A stretch of 20,000 bases of DNA from an uncultured virus (IMG/VR IMGVR_UViG_3300022074_000022) (taxonomy: Duplodnaviria; Heunggongvirae; Uroviricota; Caudoviricetes): IMG/VR virus record IMGVR_UViG_3300022074_000022. One strand, given 5' to 3'. Position 1 is the first letter of the stretch. Each line of letters starts with the position of its first letter. Both the position numbers and the translations under genes were made by a program. The notes under the pieces are model-generated. The model was not told where the DNA came from and did not search any database. It saw only the letters and a program-made list of their open reading frames with translations. Shown piece by piece: positions 7,899 to 17,237 of this stretch.

Positions 7899-8340
7899 AA
7901 AGAAAACTGCCACTGTAGGCGTCCTACAGGGCAGCATCACGGGCAGTAGAAGTCATGTGGTAGGGGCTATAGGCGAGCTTATCGTAGCAGACGCTACGGG
8001 CGCTCTAGAGGCGAATAACAGGGACTACGATCTTTTGCTGGGCGAAAAGCGCATCGACGTGAAAACGAAGCGCTGCAATACCAAGCCGAAAGATTACTAC
8101 GACTGCTCTATCGCTGCACACGGCACTAAGCAAGATTGTGATTCATATATCTTTGTTCGCATCACAACGAATATGGATCGTGCGTGGATTCTTGGAGAAG
8201 TCGATAAGAAAACATTTTATAAAGATGCAGAATTTCACCGTCGGGGTGATATCGATCCGGACAACGGGTTCGTGTTCAAAGCAGACTGCTACAACCTCCC
8301 GATAAATAAGTTGAGTCCTATCTATGAAGCAAGCGGCTAA
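7855..8340 (+). CDS. Hypothetical protein with a probable PD-(D/E)XK (restriction endonuclease-like) fold
   Basis: GAIGE...DYD.....IDVKTKR pattern. The likely start is TTG 7855 (GGAG 8 nt upstream); the track start is ATG 7834. Confidence 0.6.
   Translation: MIEVKITPHLIERAKKKTATVGVLQGSITGSRSHVVGAIGELIVADATGALEANNRDYDLLLGEKRIDVKTKRCNTKPKDYYDCSIAAHGTKQDCDSYIFVRITTNMDRAWILGEVDKKTFYKDAEFHRRGDIDPDNGFVFKADCYNLPINKLSPIYEASG
7897..7934 (-). terminator. Intrinsic terminator for the minus-strand (structural) transcript
   Basis: The minus strand reads CTGCC-CTGTAGG-ACG-CCTACAG-T-GGCAG-TTTTCTTTTT: a 12-bp stem with one bulge followed by a U-rich tract. Confidence 0.65.
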
Positions 8341-8539
8341 CCTCTTTCGTCTCGAACTTAATTTACTGCGAGACGGTAACATAGAGATCACCTGTGACTC
8401 TGTTCGTCCAGAAGACTTCGAACGCTCAATGAATCAAGGGATGCCGGAGTATGAAGGTTCACACTCAGTAGCATCCCTAATTCGTTACTTACGATCTGTC
8501 GGAGATGAAGCTGTAGAGAAGTCTAAGCTGTACGTGTAG
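8324..8539 (+). CDS. Hypothetical protein (71 aa), last gene of the left arm
   Basis: Overlaps the upstream gene, and overlaps the convergent minus-strand gene by 17 nt. Confidence 0.65.
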   Translation: MKQAANLFRLELNLLRDGNIEITCDSVRPEDFERSMNQGMPEYEGSHSVASLIRYLRSVGDEAVEKSKLYV

Positions 8540-8870
8540 ACATAGCTTTTTGAATGGCTTTACCACGAGCCGTTTCGTACTCGTCTAGCTTACCGTCCTT
8601 ATTCAAGTCAGATTTCTTCTTGTCGATAGCGATGTCACCCTTTGACATTCCCATCATGCGGGTATTCGCCAACGACTTGGGCTGCTGCATCATCTGATTC
8701 TGCATCTGATTTTGCTGACCTTGTGTCGCAGTCATATTACCACCCCCGTAAGCTTTCTTGCGGGGTTTTTTAGTAGCCATGCCGCCGTACATCATGGGCT
8801 TCCTGCGAGCGGCACCGCCATACATCATGCCCTTACGAGGGCCGTTATTGTACGACTTCTTCATCTTCAT
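8523..8870 (-). CDS. Small basic protein with repeated (M/A)YGG motifs and a C-terminal EF-hand-like loop
   Basis: MMYGG twice, AYGGG, a Q/M-rich linker and DLNKDGKLDEYE. GAGGA RBS upstream of ATG 8870. Confidence 0.75.
   Translation of the reverse strand: MKMKKSYNNGPRKGMMYGGAARRKPMMYGGMATKKPRKKAYGGGNMTATQGQQNQMQNQMMQQPKSLANTRMMGMSKGDIAIDKKKSDLNKDGKLDEYETARGKAIQKAMSTRTA
8744..8771 (+). terminator. Intrinsic terminator for the plus-strand (replication arm) transcript
   Basis: CCCCGTAAG-CTTT-CTTGCGGGG-TTTTTT: a 9-bp stem with one G-U pair, a 4-nt loop and 6 U. Confidence 0.75.
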
Positions 8871-11800
8871 TTTCCTCTTCCTCTGAAGGCATGGGGTTGT
8901 GGATCGTTCCGAATGTGCGGAGATTTTCTCTGTCCGCCAGAACTTCTTCTAGTGTGGCGATGTTCTTGCCTGAGAGATACACGCCTTTTGCTATGTGAGC
9001 GTAAATACGAGCCTGTAGGGTGTTGTAGTCTGTTTTTGTCAGTGCGTCAGGATTAGTAAGAATCTTACCCATGACCAGTGCTGCTTGTGGATCGTTCAGG
9101 GCCATTTCCATAAGACTCTGTTGATTGATAAGCATAGCACGAGTGGCAAGTTCTGTACCGACATACAGAGGACTGACCATGCCTCGTGCGACGTTGAAGA
9201 TACGGGAGAATGCAGACTCGATAGTCATAAGCCCACTCGCACCTCCGCGACGGAAGTCGAGGCCATCTCCCATCGCTGTGGATGTCCAGTCTCTCATGCG
9301 TCGGATAGACTTGGCGTGTGTCTCCCCTAAGACTTCATTCATCAGCTTGATCTGATTCGGGTCAGATGTAATTTCGTTGAAGATTTCACCCTCCAACGAC
9401 ATCAACTCTAGAGGCTCTCCTTCCGGGGTGGGCTTGCTTGCTGTAGTCTTAACACGACGACGGGCCTTCGCGAAAAGCCCCTCTACGTACATGTACTTCA
9501 TAGCCTTCAATACTTCCGGACGGGAGAGGCCAGAGGTCGAGGTTAGCTCATCTACTTTTTTGTTGAAAGAATCAGGGGTGGCGTTTGCGAAGTACACGTC
9601 AAAAAACGCCTCTTTACGATTGACGAGTCCTGTATCGAAATCAAGTTGTTTTACGATGCTGTTCAAGCTTTGCAACTCTTGCTTAGCTGCAACACCCAAG
9701 ACCCCATTTATCGGATCGAGATCAGCCCTGAGTTTTTTGTACTCATTTTGATACTGTTTGTTGTTCGCAAGCATCGTGTCGAACTCGATGTGGAAGTAAT
9801 CGATGGAATCGAAGTTGGCCCCTCGAATGACGTCTTGATTGCCGTTTGAGTCTAGGATGTCCACCGACAGTTCATTCTCAATATCGAACATACGATGAGC
9901 GCGGTTGATGTTCAAGGCTCCTATACCCTTCGGAAGGTCTTGCATACCCTCTTGCAAAAGCTCAACAGCCACGTCTGTCTTTTCTAGGTAGTTACGGGCT
10001 ACACGATGTTGAATGTGAGCCTCTAGCAGGTTCTTGTAGATGCCGTATGCCTTCGCCTGATCCGGATCGCGCATATCGATTTCCATGTTACCGTCGGCAT
10101 TTCGCTTGCCGCCGATAGCATACAAGATTCTGTCATTTTCTTTATTGAGTTGCTTCAACAGATCAGCATGTTTCTGTGATCCGGCACGCACGTTCAGTAG
10201 CTGCGTTGATATGTCAGCTATCTTGAGGAACGGAGCCTCCGGATGATCTCTGTCAATGTTCCTGTAGCCATACGGCCCTTCACCTTCAGGACGATCTGCA
10301 GGGTCCCTTCTCACACGAGACGCAAGGGCCGGACCCATCCACGCATAATCAACCTTCGCATCTGTTCGTGCGCCCACTTCATCCCTGTAGGTCCTGCGTG
10401 CTAGTTCAATTTGCTTTTTGACCGCTGGGTCTAAATCGCCGTAAGCGGTGGTAATTAGCTTACGCATCTCGCTCTTAACCCTGTTGATTTCTGCTGCGTC
10501 CGTCTTACCCCCGATGCCGCGAAGCTCGAAGAAACGGTAGAGGTCTTCTGCTTCGGAGAAGTTAGCGCTAAGCAGTTGCTCCGCTCCCTCACCCTTATTT
10601 TGGATGGCTTCAATAGCGATTTCGAATTCTGTTATGTCTTCGCCATCCATCTCTGCACGCTGCCTTTTCAGGGCTGCGATATCTTCGGGAGTGTATCCCA
10701 TCTTGATAAGCTGACGCCTAGCCATAGTATTGAATGTGCCCAAGACAGCACGTCCGTCAGTCTTCAGGAATTTTCCGAAGTCTGTAAGCTGTTCAGCAAT
10801 CGGACGATCTTCTATGTCGCCCGAAAGTTTAGCTAGTCTTTCTACAACATTGACAAGATTAAACTCTCTGCCGCCAAGAATGACGTCTACTTTTTCGTAC
10901 TCTTTTCTAGCTCTAGCACGACGACGTCCGTATGTGATGTCAAGCAGAAGATCAGCGTTTTTACGAGACTCTGTGATAAACTCGCTCCGCTCCATGTCTG
11001 CGGCAAATCCTCGTAGATTTGTTGCTTGTTCGTTTGCTGAGTCTAGCATGTTTTGATGAGCGCGTTCGACGATCTGTCCTCGTGCTATAACACCCTGTAC
11101 GGTGCCCTCTGGCAGGATGGACATTCCTTCTAACTCCTCAGCCATACGCAACAGGTCATCGACCATCGTGCTGTCGGTATCACCTGCGGTGAGCATACCG
11201 ATGTTTCTTGTGTAGTTATCTAGAAGAAGAACAAGCTGCTGTTGCTTGACAAAGATAGCTTCACGCTGCCTCTCTGCTCCGCTCTCTAGATCGGCAATAA
11301 ATCCTTGCAACTGGGCATTATCACCTATGTTGATACCCTCTGCCGCAAATTGTTCTCGGATGAGTCGTATGTTGGCATCGATACCCTGTGCCAGCACCAT
11401 CTCTTCTCCTGTAGCTCGGATGAGAGATTGCATGTCGTTTGCATCGGTAAGCTTACCCGCAGTGACGAGATCGATTTTACCCTGCTGGAATTCGATGAGA
11501 GGGGCGAGTCCGGATGCCTTTGCCACACTTAGATGTAGCCTACTCATGATCTTTTCGCGACCTTCATTCGACATATCCAAAGCTTTGAGGTCAGCGTCGT
11601 AGCTCTGCATCATCTCCGTGTAGCGAGTGAGGGCACGATGTACTTCCTCGCGAGATTCTTCCGGCATCGCCCTGAGTATACGATTGAACTGATTGAATGC
11701 CTTCACACGAGTGTCGTCAAAATTAAAGCCGCTGATCTCTAGGGCTTCCCGCATCGCTCCCTCATCAGCATTCAAGATAGCATTGCGAGGGACCATCGGG

Positions 11801-13623
11801 AACATGTCGGAGTTCTCAAGAAGAACAGCAACATCAGTGAACAAGCCCTCTGTCATAGCGTCGCCTGTTCGAAATACTGTGCGTGCGCCAAGACCGACAA
11901 CGGCTGGAGTGACGATGGGAGCGGTTATACCCACGATGATTTCAGAGGGAACGCCGAATACGTCCATGTCCGGCAGGTATGTCTGTGCGGAAGCGACAGC
12001 ACCTGCGATTAGAACTTCGTCTCTCATAGCCGCTTTTACATACGGACTCTTTCCGACACTTGCTTTGTACCTGTCCCGGTTAGCTACAGCAACTCTCCGT
12101 GCTTCCTCTAGAGGCGCGAGCTTTTCGTTTATGTCGGGATCGATACGACCACTTTTCGGGGCGTTCAGTGCGTTTATTTGCGTGTCAATGTCGGCTATGT
12201 TTTGATCGTACTGTTTTAAGTTTTGATTTATGTCGGTGAGAGTATTACCGATGTTAAGCTGATTTTTTCGAGATGCTTTACCGATAGCACGAGTAACTTG
12301 CGCGACTCCGGGAACATAACCAGCAGCCTTGCCCACCGTGTTGCGGGTGCCATACCAAACCTTAGCTATGACGCTATTTGCGTCCCTGAAGTCATTCTTT
12401 CTAAGCCTTTCCATAACTTCTAGATCAGTCATAGATGCAGGGAACTGACCGAAGTCTATGGACTCTTTGTCGCCGCTGCGTGCGCGAGCGTCTGTAACAC
12501 GTCTCACAGAGCTTTTAGCTGCGGACTCAACTAGCTTCACGCCTCCGTAAGTAAAACCGGCTTGCTGTGTAAACAGAAGAGCCGCCTTAGCAGAGAAGGG
12601 CAATTCGTTGTACGTGAGTTCTAGGAGAGCGTTGGCAACTTGTGGCGGAAGCCCTACGTCACGGCGCTTGACTTTGCCATCTTCTCTCCGGACACGCTGT
12701 AGCGTACCATCCTCTCCGATTTCAACTAGCTGCTCTGTGTGGGTTTCGTTCCACGCATCTCGTCCGTACTCTCTTATGAAGTTAGCTTTGTACCAGCGCT
12801 GTAATCCCGCCACACGATCATCGGTAAGAAGGTTACTACCGAGAGCTTTCTCACCAAATTTAATAAATCCACTTTCTGACATACGTCTTCCGAAAGCGTC
12901 GGGCAGTTCGTCCCCAAAGGGCCTGTCTGAAACTACCGCATCTTTTACCGCTGCAACACCATTGTACATCATGGGGAAAACATAGGGCGTGCGTAACACG
13001 TCCCCCGGAACATTTCGTATCTCACGAAAGGCTGTAGCGAAAGTTTCACCATTTGAGAACCTACTCATGATGAGCCGCTTGCCCTTCAGGCCAAAGTTGA
13101 CGTGATCACCCACCATGACATCACGGAGACGGATGTTCTGCGACGTGATGGCTTCCATAGCCTGAACAAATCCCGCTGGCATACCCTCTGTTAGTTCTTT
13201 CGGCAGTCCGAACTCGAACGCAACAACAGGCTCCATCGGATCGGCTTGAGGCACCCTGTTTGCAGAGACGTACTCTTGAAGAAGCTGTCCCCTGAAACCC
13301 TGCTCGTTTCTCGCTTTTTCAAGAACGCTAGGCTCTAGTGCCCTGCCGTTAGGCAATAATACGTCGCCCCCGTTAGCTTTAATCGCTTCATTTATGTCGC
13401 GAGCGTTGATGATCGCATCAAATTTAGAGGTTAGAGCGTCTGGGCTGTCCTGCAGACCGCGCTGTTTTTTGACGTCTTCTCTAGCTATCGACGGAATGTC
13501 TACGGTTACTGTATCCACCGAAGCACCAGCAGTTTCGTCAGTGTCCCCGCCTATAACTACACTCTTAGGCTTAGAGACACTTTTAGGGAGCATAGAGATG
13601 TCTTGATCGAGGGCTGTCGCCAT
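8845..13623 (-). CDS. Large internal virion/ejection protein (T7 gp16-like position), 1592 aa
   Basis: Very long, helical-looking ORF with hydrophobic segments (e.g. IIVGITAPIVTPAVVGLG) and no Cys seen. It is the last large gene of the virion module. Function is inferred from size and synteny. Confidence 0.6.
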   Translation of the reverse strand: MATALDQDISMLPKSVSKPKSVVIGGDTDETAGASVDTVTVDIPSIAREDVKKQRGLQDSPDALTSKFDAIINARDINEAIKANGGDVLLPNGRALEPSVLEKARNEQGFRGQLLQEYVSANRVPQADPMEPVVAFEFGLPKELTEGMPAGFVQAMEAITSQNIRLRDVMVGDHVNFGLKGKRLIMSRFSNGETFATAFREIRNVPGDVLRTPYVFPMMYNGVAAVKDAVVSDRPFGDELPDAFGRRMSESGFIKFGEKALGSNLLTDDRVAGLQRWYKANFIREYGRDAWNETHTEQLVEIGEDGTLQRVRREDGKVKRRDVGLPPQVANALLELTYNELPFSAKAALLFTQQAGFTYGGVKLVESAAKSSVRRVTDARARSGDKESIDFGQFPASMTDLEVMERLRKNDFRDANSVIAKVWYGTRNTVGKAAGYVPGVAQVTRAIGKASRKNQLNIGNTLTDINQNLKQYDQNIADIDTQINALNAPKSGRIDPDINEKLAPLEEARRVAVANRDRYKASVGKSPYVKAAMRDEVLIAGAVASAQTYLPDMDVFGVPSEIIVGITAPIVTPAVVGLGARTVFRTGDAMTEGLFTDVAVLLENSDMFPMVPRNAILNADEGAMREALEISGFNFDDTRVKAFNQFNRILRAMPEESREEVHRALTRYTEMMQSYDADLKALDMSNEGREKIMSRLHLSVAKASGLAPLIEFQQGKIDLVTAGKLTDANDMQSLIRATGEEMVLAQGIDANIRLIREQFAAEGINIGDNAQLQGFIADLESGAERQREAIFVKQQQLVLLLDNYTRNIGMLTAGDTDSTMVDDLLRMAEELEGMSILPEGTVQGVIARGQIVERAHQNMLDSANEQATNLRGFAADMERSEFITESRKNADLLLDITYGRRRARARKEYEKVDVILGGREFNLVNVVERLAKLSGDIEDRPIAEQLTDFGKFLKTDGRAVLGTFNTMARRQLIKMGYTPEDIAALKRQRAEMDGEDITEFEIAIEAIQNKGEGAEQLLSANFSEAEDLYRFFELRGIGGKTDAAEINRVKSEMRKLITTAYGDLDPAVKKQIELARRTYRDEVGARTDAKVDYAWMGPALASRVRRDPADRPEGEGPYGYRNIDRDHPEAPFLKIADISTQLLNVRAGSQKHADLLKQLNKENDRILYAIGGKRNADGNMEIDMRDPDQAKAYGIYKNLLEAHIQHRVARNYLEKTDVAVELLQEGMQDLPKGIGALNINRAHRMFDIENELSVDILDSNGNQDVIRGANFDSIDYFHIEFDTMLANNKQYQNEYKKLRADLDPINGVLGVAAKQELQSLNSIVKQLDFDTGLVNRKEAFFDVYFANATPDSFNKKVDELTSTSGLSRPEVLKAMKYMYVEGLFAKARRRVKTTASKPTPEGEPLELMSLEGEIFNEITSDPNQIKLMNEVLGETHAKSIRRMRDWTSTAMGDGLDFRRGGASGLMTIESAFSRIFNVARGMVSPLYVGTELATRAMLINQQSLMEMALNDPQAALVMGKILTNPDALTKTDYNTLQARIYAHIAKGVYLSGKNIATLEEVLADRENLRTFGTIHNPMPSEEEENEDEEVVQ

Positions 13624-16205
13624 TATGAAGTTACCTCAACAAATTCGTCGCCGCCCTCATTCGGACCCGACTGAATAATTTGTTTCTTAAATGTTTTGCC
13701 CGGATAATCCGGATGTGTGTATCCGTCCGGACCTTGTGTCATGCCTTTAGCTCTAGCGTCGAGAGAGTCGATAGTGACGGGGCCTTCCGGCTTAGGCTCT
13801 ACGGGCTGTTCTTTCGGGGCTTCCGGCTCAGGGGGTGTTGCTGCTCCTGCTTGCGGCTTAGTGTCGGGAAGCTCGCCGGTCTTATAGGTGCCAGTCTTTT
13901 CATCGTAATATACTTGACCCCCTTCTTCGGTAGCGGCTTCAGCCAGTTGTCGTGTCCTTCGAATTTCTTGTGTTTGCATAACACCCTGAAGACCGCGCTC
14001 CGTTCCGCTACCCATTCTGCCAGTCGTGCCCAGAACTTCTCCCTGTCCTTCTTGTGAAGGTGTCGGAGGTGGCAGGTCTTCCTGCTTAGTATCTACTTCG
14101 GAGTTGTTGAATACTTCAGCGGAAGTTTCAGGACCGCCCTCTGGTTGTGTCTCTGGCTCAACATCACTGGCTCCACCAGCGCTTTTCTGTGTGATAACGC
14201 CGTCGTCTATGAGGTCTTTTATAGTGCCAGTCCGGATGACAGTGCCCCCCGATCCGATGATAGCGCCTGACTGTCCGCCCTCAAGAATCATCAAGGTGCC
14301 TTTGTCACCCTTAACCACGAATATTTCACTCTCTCTCGCGCCTTTCAGGTCAGCGGCTGAGATAGGTCCTTCTTCTCCAAGACGTCCTATAGCAGGCTTG
14401 TAGGTGGCCCTAGTCCACGTCTTTAGAGCGTTGTCTCTAACTTCCATGTTACGGAGCATCGTGCGTAGCTCGACTGTCATGCCCTCAGAACCATAGGCAA
14501 GGACAGCGTTGTTTACGTCGTCGAGATTTTTTATTTGAGAGTCGAGTGACCCGATAACCTGTTCGATAGACAGAATCTCACCGCGTTTTGTAGTGTATCC
14601 GCCCGTCAGTTTTTGCAGGTTACGTTGGAGGTCACCGTCCGAAAGACGTCCTGCGGAGTCTTCAGCACGAGCCATGTTTGCTGCGATGATGAAGGCGAGG
14701 GTGTCACGCTCCGCTCTTTCGCCACCCTTTGCAGTGCGAATTGCCATAGCTTTGATACTGTTATAATCTGCATCGCTTTCGCTGACTCCGATCATACCCA
14801 TAAGCTGATCGATTGTACCCGTATCTCCAACAAAACCTTCAGCTACTGCAACAGCGGAGTCGAGTAGTGTGCCCTTCACCGTGCTGATATCATTTACGAT
14901 AGTCTTGTAGAGTTCTAGCTGTTGACGAGCCGTGGTTGCAGAAGACAGGCGTGTCTTAAATTCATTATAACTAACGCCGCCCATGACGGACTTGAAGCCC
15001 TCTTCTCGGTTCGTTCCGATTTTGTAGGCATCCTCTGTCATCAAGCTTTCGTTGATCAAGCTTCTCTCGTAGACACTAAGAACGTCACCCATGAGTCCGC
15101 CTACGATTGTCATCTGTAGATCGGCATCGTTCGTAATTTCAGTCTCAAGGTATTCACCAATCTTGAGAACGGTGTCAGTGCTAGCGAAGTTTATCTTCTT
15201 CCCTTGCGTAGTCTGTTTAGCAACGTTGGTGACGTGCATAAGTGCGTCACTCAATTTATCTACACTGTTGAAGTTCTTAGAGAAGCCGTACATCCACTCG
15301 TCTAGGGTAGCACCCTTCGATTCTGCTACGGTGGTAAGAACGCCCATGTCAGCACCCATCATTTCAAAAGCGCCACTTGAGTACGCCATGAAATCATCTT
15401 CTCCACTGAGTGCGCGTATGTTTTTTCTATACGGAGTTTCATCCATAGGCGTCAAAAGATGAGAAGATATTATAGTAAAGGCACCCTTATCTGCATCAGC
15501 GCCCTCAAAGCTAGAGGTAAACACATCGGCTGTAGCTTCCTTTAGAGCGTCGAACCTGATGCCCCTCTCAGCAGTCGAGTTCAGTCCTAGCAGATCAACC
15601 CACTCGTCGTAGTTTGCGAATGACTGAGGAGAGAAAACAAACTTTTGCCCCTCTTGTGTGCTAGCTCTCAAGCCTTGAATACGATGAAGCATACGCTTTT
15701 TATATTCTCCCTTGAGAATGTCCATGTCTCCGGGGTTGGCTTTGTAGTGAGCGTCGAATGCTTCTTTGTCCTTGTTACGATGATCGTTTAGGGTCTGGAA
15801 CCACAGGTTTGATTCTTTGTCCATGTCACCACGATCTGTTGTATATCGCTCATACAGATCATCGTCCATGCCGATTTGATACGCGCCGGTGCCGGGAAGG
15901 TAGTTGTTACCTACAGAGTCGAGAAGTCCCTGCATAGACGTCATGTCCATAACAACGTCCTCTCCGCGTGTGCCAAAGATGTCGATAGGCTTCTGGTTGT
16001 CTAGGTTTTCGAAACCTTTTTGAACCATCTGTTGAACAGCGTTGAAACCGCTCTTAGTGGCATCCCCCTCTAAGACGGCCTTGAGAGCCATAGACTCGTA
16101 CTCTTTGAGCCTATCGCGCTCAGCAGTGCGACGTGTCTGTTCTCGTTCGATGTTCTGCGTGAAGCCCTTGACGAGGCCAGCAGCAAATGCAGCTCCGATA
16201 CCCAT
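13623..16205 (-). CDS. Internal virion/ejection protein (gp15-like position), 860 aa
   Basis: Gly/Ala N-terminus (MGIGAAFAAGLVKGF) followed by a charged helix; Pro/Glu-rich low-complexity C-terminus; coupled to the next gene by TAATG. Confidence 0.6.
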   Translation of the reverse strand: MGIGAAFAAGLVKGFTQNIEREQTRRTAERDRLKEYESMALKAVLEGDATKSGFNAVQQMVQKGFENLDNQKPIDIFGTRGEDVVMDMTSMQGLLDSVGNNYLPGTGAYQIGMDDDLYERYTTDRGDMDKESNLWFQTLNDHRNKDKEAFDAHYKANPGDMDILKGEYKKRMLHRIQGLRASTQEGQKFVFSPQSFANYDEWVDLLGLNSTAERGIRFDALKEATADVFTSSFEGADADKGAFTIISSHLLTPMDETPYRKNIRALSGEDDFMAYSSGAFEMMGADMGVLTTVAESKGATLDEWMYGFSKNFNSVDKLSDALMHVTNVAKQTTQGKKINFASTDTVLKIGEYLETEITNDADLQMTIVGGLMGDVLSVYERSLINESLMTEDAYKIGTNREEGFKSVMGGVSYNEFKTRLSSATTARQQLELYKTIVNDISTVKGTLLDSAVAVAEGFVGDTGTIDQLMGMIGVSESDADYNSIKAMAIRTAKGGERAERDTLAFIIAANMARAEDSAGRLSDGDLQRNLQKLTGGYTTKRGEILSIEQVIGSLDSQIKNLDDVNNAVLAYGSEGMTVELRTMLRNMEVRDNALKTWTRATYKPAIGRLGEEGPISAADLKGARESEIFVVKGDKGTLMILEGGQSGAIIGSGGTVIRTGTIKDLIDDGVITQKSAGGASDVEPETQPEGGPETSAEVFNNSEVDTKQEDLPPPTPSQEGQGEVLGTTGRMGSGTERGLQGVMQTQEIRRTRQLAEAATEEGGQVYYDEKTGTYKTGELPDTKPQAGAATPPEPEAPKEQPVEPKPEGPVTIDSLDARAKGMTQGPDGYTHPDYPGKTFKKQIIQSGPNEGGDEFVEVTS

Positions 16206-16206
16206 C

Positions 16207-16767
16207 TTATTCCGACTCCTTCTCGTCCATCATATTCATAAAGTTTTCTGGTTCTGGTGCTTGAGGTATCGCACCCCTGCGAATATCTTCGTTCATCTTT
16301 TCTTTGATGACAGAGAACATCTGCGGATTGTTTTCTTTCATCATCGAGAAGAATGTACGGTCATCCATCTCATCACTTGCAAGCTCATCGTTGTTCTCAA
16401 AGAACCGATACGGAATGCCCTCTTCCTCCGCCATGCCAGCAATAGTCATGGCGAGCGGACCTTTGATAAGCACTGCAACGTCTGGTGTGAAGCGTCCCTC
16501 TTGAAAGCCTTGAATGAGATACCCCTCTACGAGAGCCTCTACAGACACACCGACCATGAGGAGTTTCATCAACTCCGTCTGTTGACGAGGTTGTTCGAGA
16601 GCGTCGAGGGCCTCTTGCAGGACCATCTCCGGATCGACATGACGGGGAGGTTGACCCCACGGCCAGCGAGAGTTATCGAGTGTTAAGCTGTGTCCCGGAG
16701 GCGCTGTAGCAAACGGGTCTTTAGCCTCTATAGTTCCGACTTCGGGGGTTGCTCTTGAAAGTTTCAT
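16207..16767 (-). CDS. Hypothetical virion-module protein (186 aa)
   Basis: Coupled ORF (ATGA overlap) containing PPGHSLT..WPWGQPP and FTPDVAVL. Function unknown. Confidence 0.7.
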   Translation of the reverse strand: MKLSRATPEVGTIEAKDPFATAPPGHSLTLDNSRWPWGQPPRHVDPEMVLQEALDALEQPRQQTELMKLLMVGVSVEALVEGYLIQGFQEGRFTPDVAVLIKGPLAMTIAGMAEEEGIPYRFFENNDELASDEMDDRTFFSMMKENNPQMFSVIKEKMNEDIRRGAIPQAPEPENFMNMMDEKESE

Positions 16768-17237
16768 CGTACATCAATCTCTCTGAGTGACGGAGCTTCG
16801 AGGGCAGCAGTCTTTTTACCCTGACGTGTGGTCGGAGACACGACCCCTGCGTCACGGAGCATAGAATTTAACTGATTGTCACGGGAGCCGGACATGAGAG
16901 GCTGCACCCGCCTCTGAACCGTAGGGTTGCTGTAAAGACGTTGTTGAACAGGATCGAGACGCATAGCTCTCGCCCCCGGATCACCCCGCGTCAGTTCTTG
17001 CACGCTGCGATTTTGACGTGCAGTTGCAGGAGTGAATACGCCCCCTGTCATTCGACCGCCTTGATCCATGAGTCCCTGTGATTGAAGAAGTGCCTGTGCG
17101 CCCTGCTTCATAAAAGGAGAAACCATAAAACCACTAGACTTGCTAGAGGCTGCAGCTTGAGCGGCTTGTCCGCCAAATCCGCCACCTGCAAAGAGGGCAA
17201 GACCTACGCCCAGTGCTGTTTTAAGTCCGAATCCCAT
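16764..17237 (-). CDS. Putative small internal virion protein (gp14-like), 157 aa
   Basis: Gly/Ala-rich hydrophobic N-terminus (MGFGLKTALGVGLALFAGGGFGG), located upstream of the large internal proteins. Confidence 0.5.
   Translation of the reverse strand: MGFGLKTALGVGLALFAGGGFGGQAAQAAASSKSSGFMVSPFMKQGAQALLQSQGLMDQGGRMTGGVFTPATARQNRSVQELTRGDPGARAMRLDPVQQRLYSNPTVQRRVQPLMSGSRDNQLNSMLRDAGVVSPTTRQGKKTAALEAPSLREIDVR

Noticed and set aside
7781..7934. Cobalamin riboswitch-like words (GGGGAA, CCCCGCAAC, GCCACTG) near the B12-dependent RNR
   Set aside because: They lie downstream rather than upstream of nrdJ, the other core elements and the B12 box are missing, and GCCACTG is explained by the minus-strand terminator stem. 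An Rfam/Infernal scan would settle it.
8845..13623. Possibility that the 1592-aa protein is a virion-packaged RNA polymerase
   Set aside because: No DxDGD-type or single-subunit RNAP motifs could be recognised.
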